Source: an uncultured Verrucomicrobiae bacterium
GTDB lineage: Bacteria; Verrucomicrobiota; Verrucomicrobiia; Chthoniobacterales; UBA10450
DNA length: 64,000 nucleotides
Reading direction: 5' to 3'
Assembly: GCA_963726745.1 (NCBI GenBank)
Contig: CAVSDR010000007.1
Location: forward strand, 77,817-141,816
Below the pieces are notes generated by a model, which was not told where the DNA came from, searched no databases, and worked only from the letters and a program-made list of their open reading frames with translations. The stretch's first letter is position 1; each line of letters starts with the position of its first letter. A program made the translations under genes and the position numbers. Shown here one piece after another: positions 63,037 to 64,000 of this stretch.

Positions 63037-64000
63037 TCAGTTTTTTGCCGCTCCAAGAATCGCGATCAGCGTGCTCGCGATTTGAGCGACATCATCCGGG
63101 TCCACCAACACCCCCAGCTTGCCGCCTAAAACCGCATCGACACTGCCATCCTTGTTTCCGGCGATCACCGGCTTGCCGCAGGCCATCGCCTCCAGGAAAA
63201 CAATCCCAAACCCTTCGCCTTTGCTCGGCATCGCAAAGACATCGCAGAGGTTGTAGTGCTCCCGCAGCTCATGCTCCGGCACGTAACCCGCCAGGATCAC
63301 GTTCTCGGCCACGCCCAGTTGCTCGATCAATCCCTCAATCCGCGCCCGGTCCGGCCCGCGCCCGCCCAGGATATAACGCACGTCCGGAAACTCCCGCACG
63401 ATCGCCGGCAACGCCCGCAACACCTGGTCATAACCCTTATACCGCTCCTCGCTCGCCAGCCGCGCGATCGTCAGGATCACCGGTTGCTCCGGCCGCAGAC
63501 CGTAACGTTTCAGAAGAAACCGCGGCTTGGCCCCGGGCCGGAAACGCTCCGGATCGAAAGTGTTCGGCAGGACCGCCACCGTCTCCGGGCTGACCCCGAG
63601 AGCCGCGGCCATGCGCACGCGCGTGAACTCGCTCACAGCCAAGAGACCCGCGGTTGCGCGCAGGGCGTGGCGCACACTCCGCTTGGGGATATCCCAGACC
63701 TCCACCCCGTGGCCAATGGCGATGAAAGGGATGCCAAAAGTCCGGCGGAGCGATTCGGCCACCGGCGTGAAGTTCACATGGGTGATCACAATCAGATCCG
63801 GCCGATCCCGCGCGCCATGTCTAAACAAAGCGGCCGAAAAAGCCGCCGTGCGCAGCTTTTCCGGCCACCAGCCCAGAGGGACAAAACGGTCCCATTCCTC
63901 CGCGCTTTCGGGAAAGGAAGTGTCGTTCTTCGCCAGCAACGTCAACTGCGCGCGCGGAAGACATTCTCGCAGGCCCCGGGTCAGGAACCGCGAAAAAGTT
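63037..64000 (-). CDS. GT4 glycosyltransferase (5' end outside the window; probable C-terminal segment at 62779-62934)
   Basis: HGVEVW, VSEFT, RYKGYD, DVFAMPSKGEGFGIVFLEAMACGKPV. Confidence 0.92.
   Translation of the reverse strand, partial: TFSRFLTRGLRECLPRAQLTLLAKNDTSFPESAEEWDRFVPLGWWPEKLRTAAFSAALFRHGARDRPDLIVITHVNFTPVAESLRRTFGIPFIAIGHGVEVWDIPKRSVRHALRATAGLLAVSEFTRVRMAAALGVSPETVAVLPNTFDPERFRPGAKPRFLLKRYGLRPEQPVILTIARLASEERYKGYDQVLRALPAIVREFPDVRYILGGRGPDRARIEGLIEQLGVAENVILAGYVPEHELREHYNLCDVFAMPSKGEGFGIVFLEAMACGKPVIAGNKDGSVDAVLGGKLGVLVDPDDVAQIASTLIAILGAAKN

Overview
GC-rich bacterial chromosomal window, probably Verrucomicrobiota (Chthoniobacterales-like). This is inferred from the PEP-CTERM autotransporter-repeat protein, the gene content and the REP style. 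Layout: (i) 1-25.2 kb, a large exopolysaccharide locus. Its minus-strand arm carries a priming transferase, two Gfo/DegT amino-sugar modules, two GNAT/Fem-like proteins, three deacetylase-like domains, glycosyltransferases, an AsnB-like ligase and a Wzc-like protein with a degenerate kinase. Its plus-strand arm carries an OM beta-barrel, wza and wzc. (ii) 25-58.5 kb, mostly housekeeping genes (gmd, ispH, L,D-transpeptidase, two LpxL-family genes, queC, NlpC/P60, M20 peptidase, APC permease, smc, 2-oxoacid dehydrogenase E1a/E1b/E2, two-component system, PEP-CTERM repeat protein, S46 peptidase, Ku). (iii) 58.7-64 kb, the end of a second polysaccharide locus with short tandem repeats and a four-helix-bundle gene. 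Main observations: a non-canonical tRNA-Thr(CGU) sits between a Fem/GNAT-like gene and an AsnB-like gene inside the EPS operon, a candidate dedicated-tRNA system for aminoacylating a glycan. The nonamer TCGTTAGGC is highly iterated on both strands of the core genes but nearly absent from the biosynthetic EPS arms. There are tandem NrdR-like boxes before smc, NarL-type 7-2-7 sites before the PEP-CTERM/HK/RR unit, and a four-helix-bundle gene bracketed by inverted repeats. Many frameshifts, including in smc, suggest consensus indel errors. All counts were made by eye.
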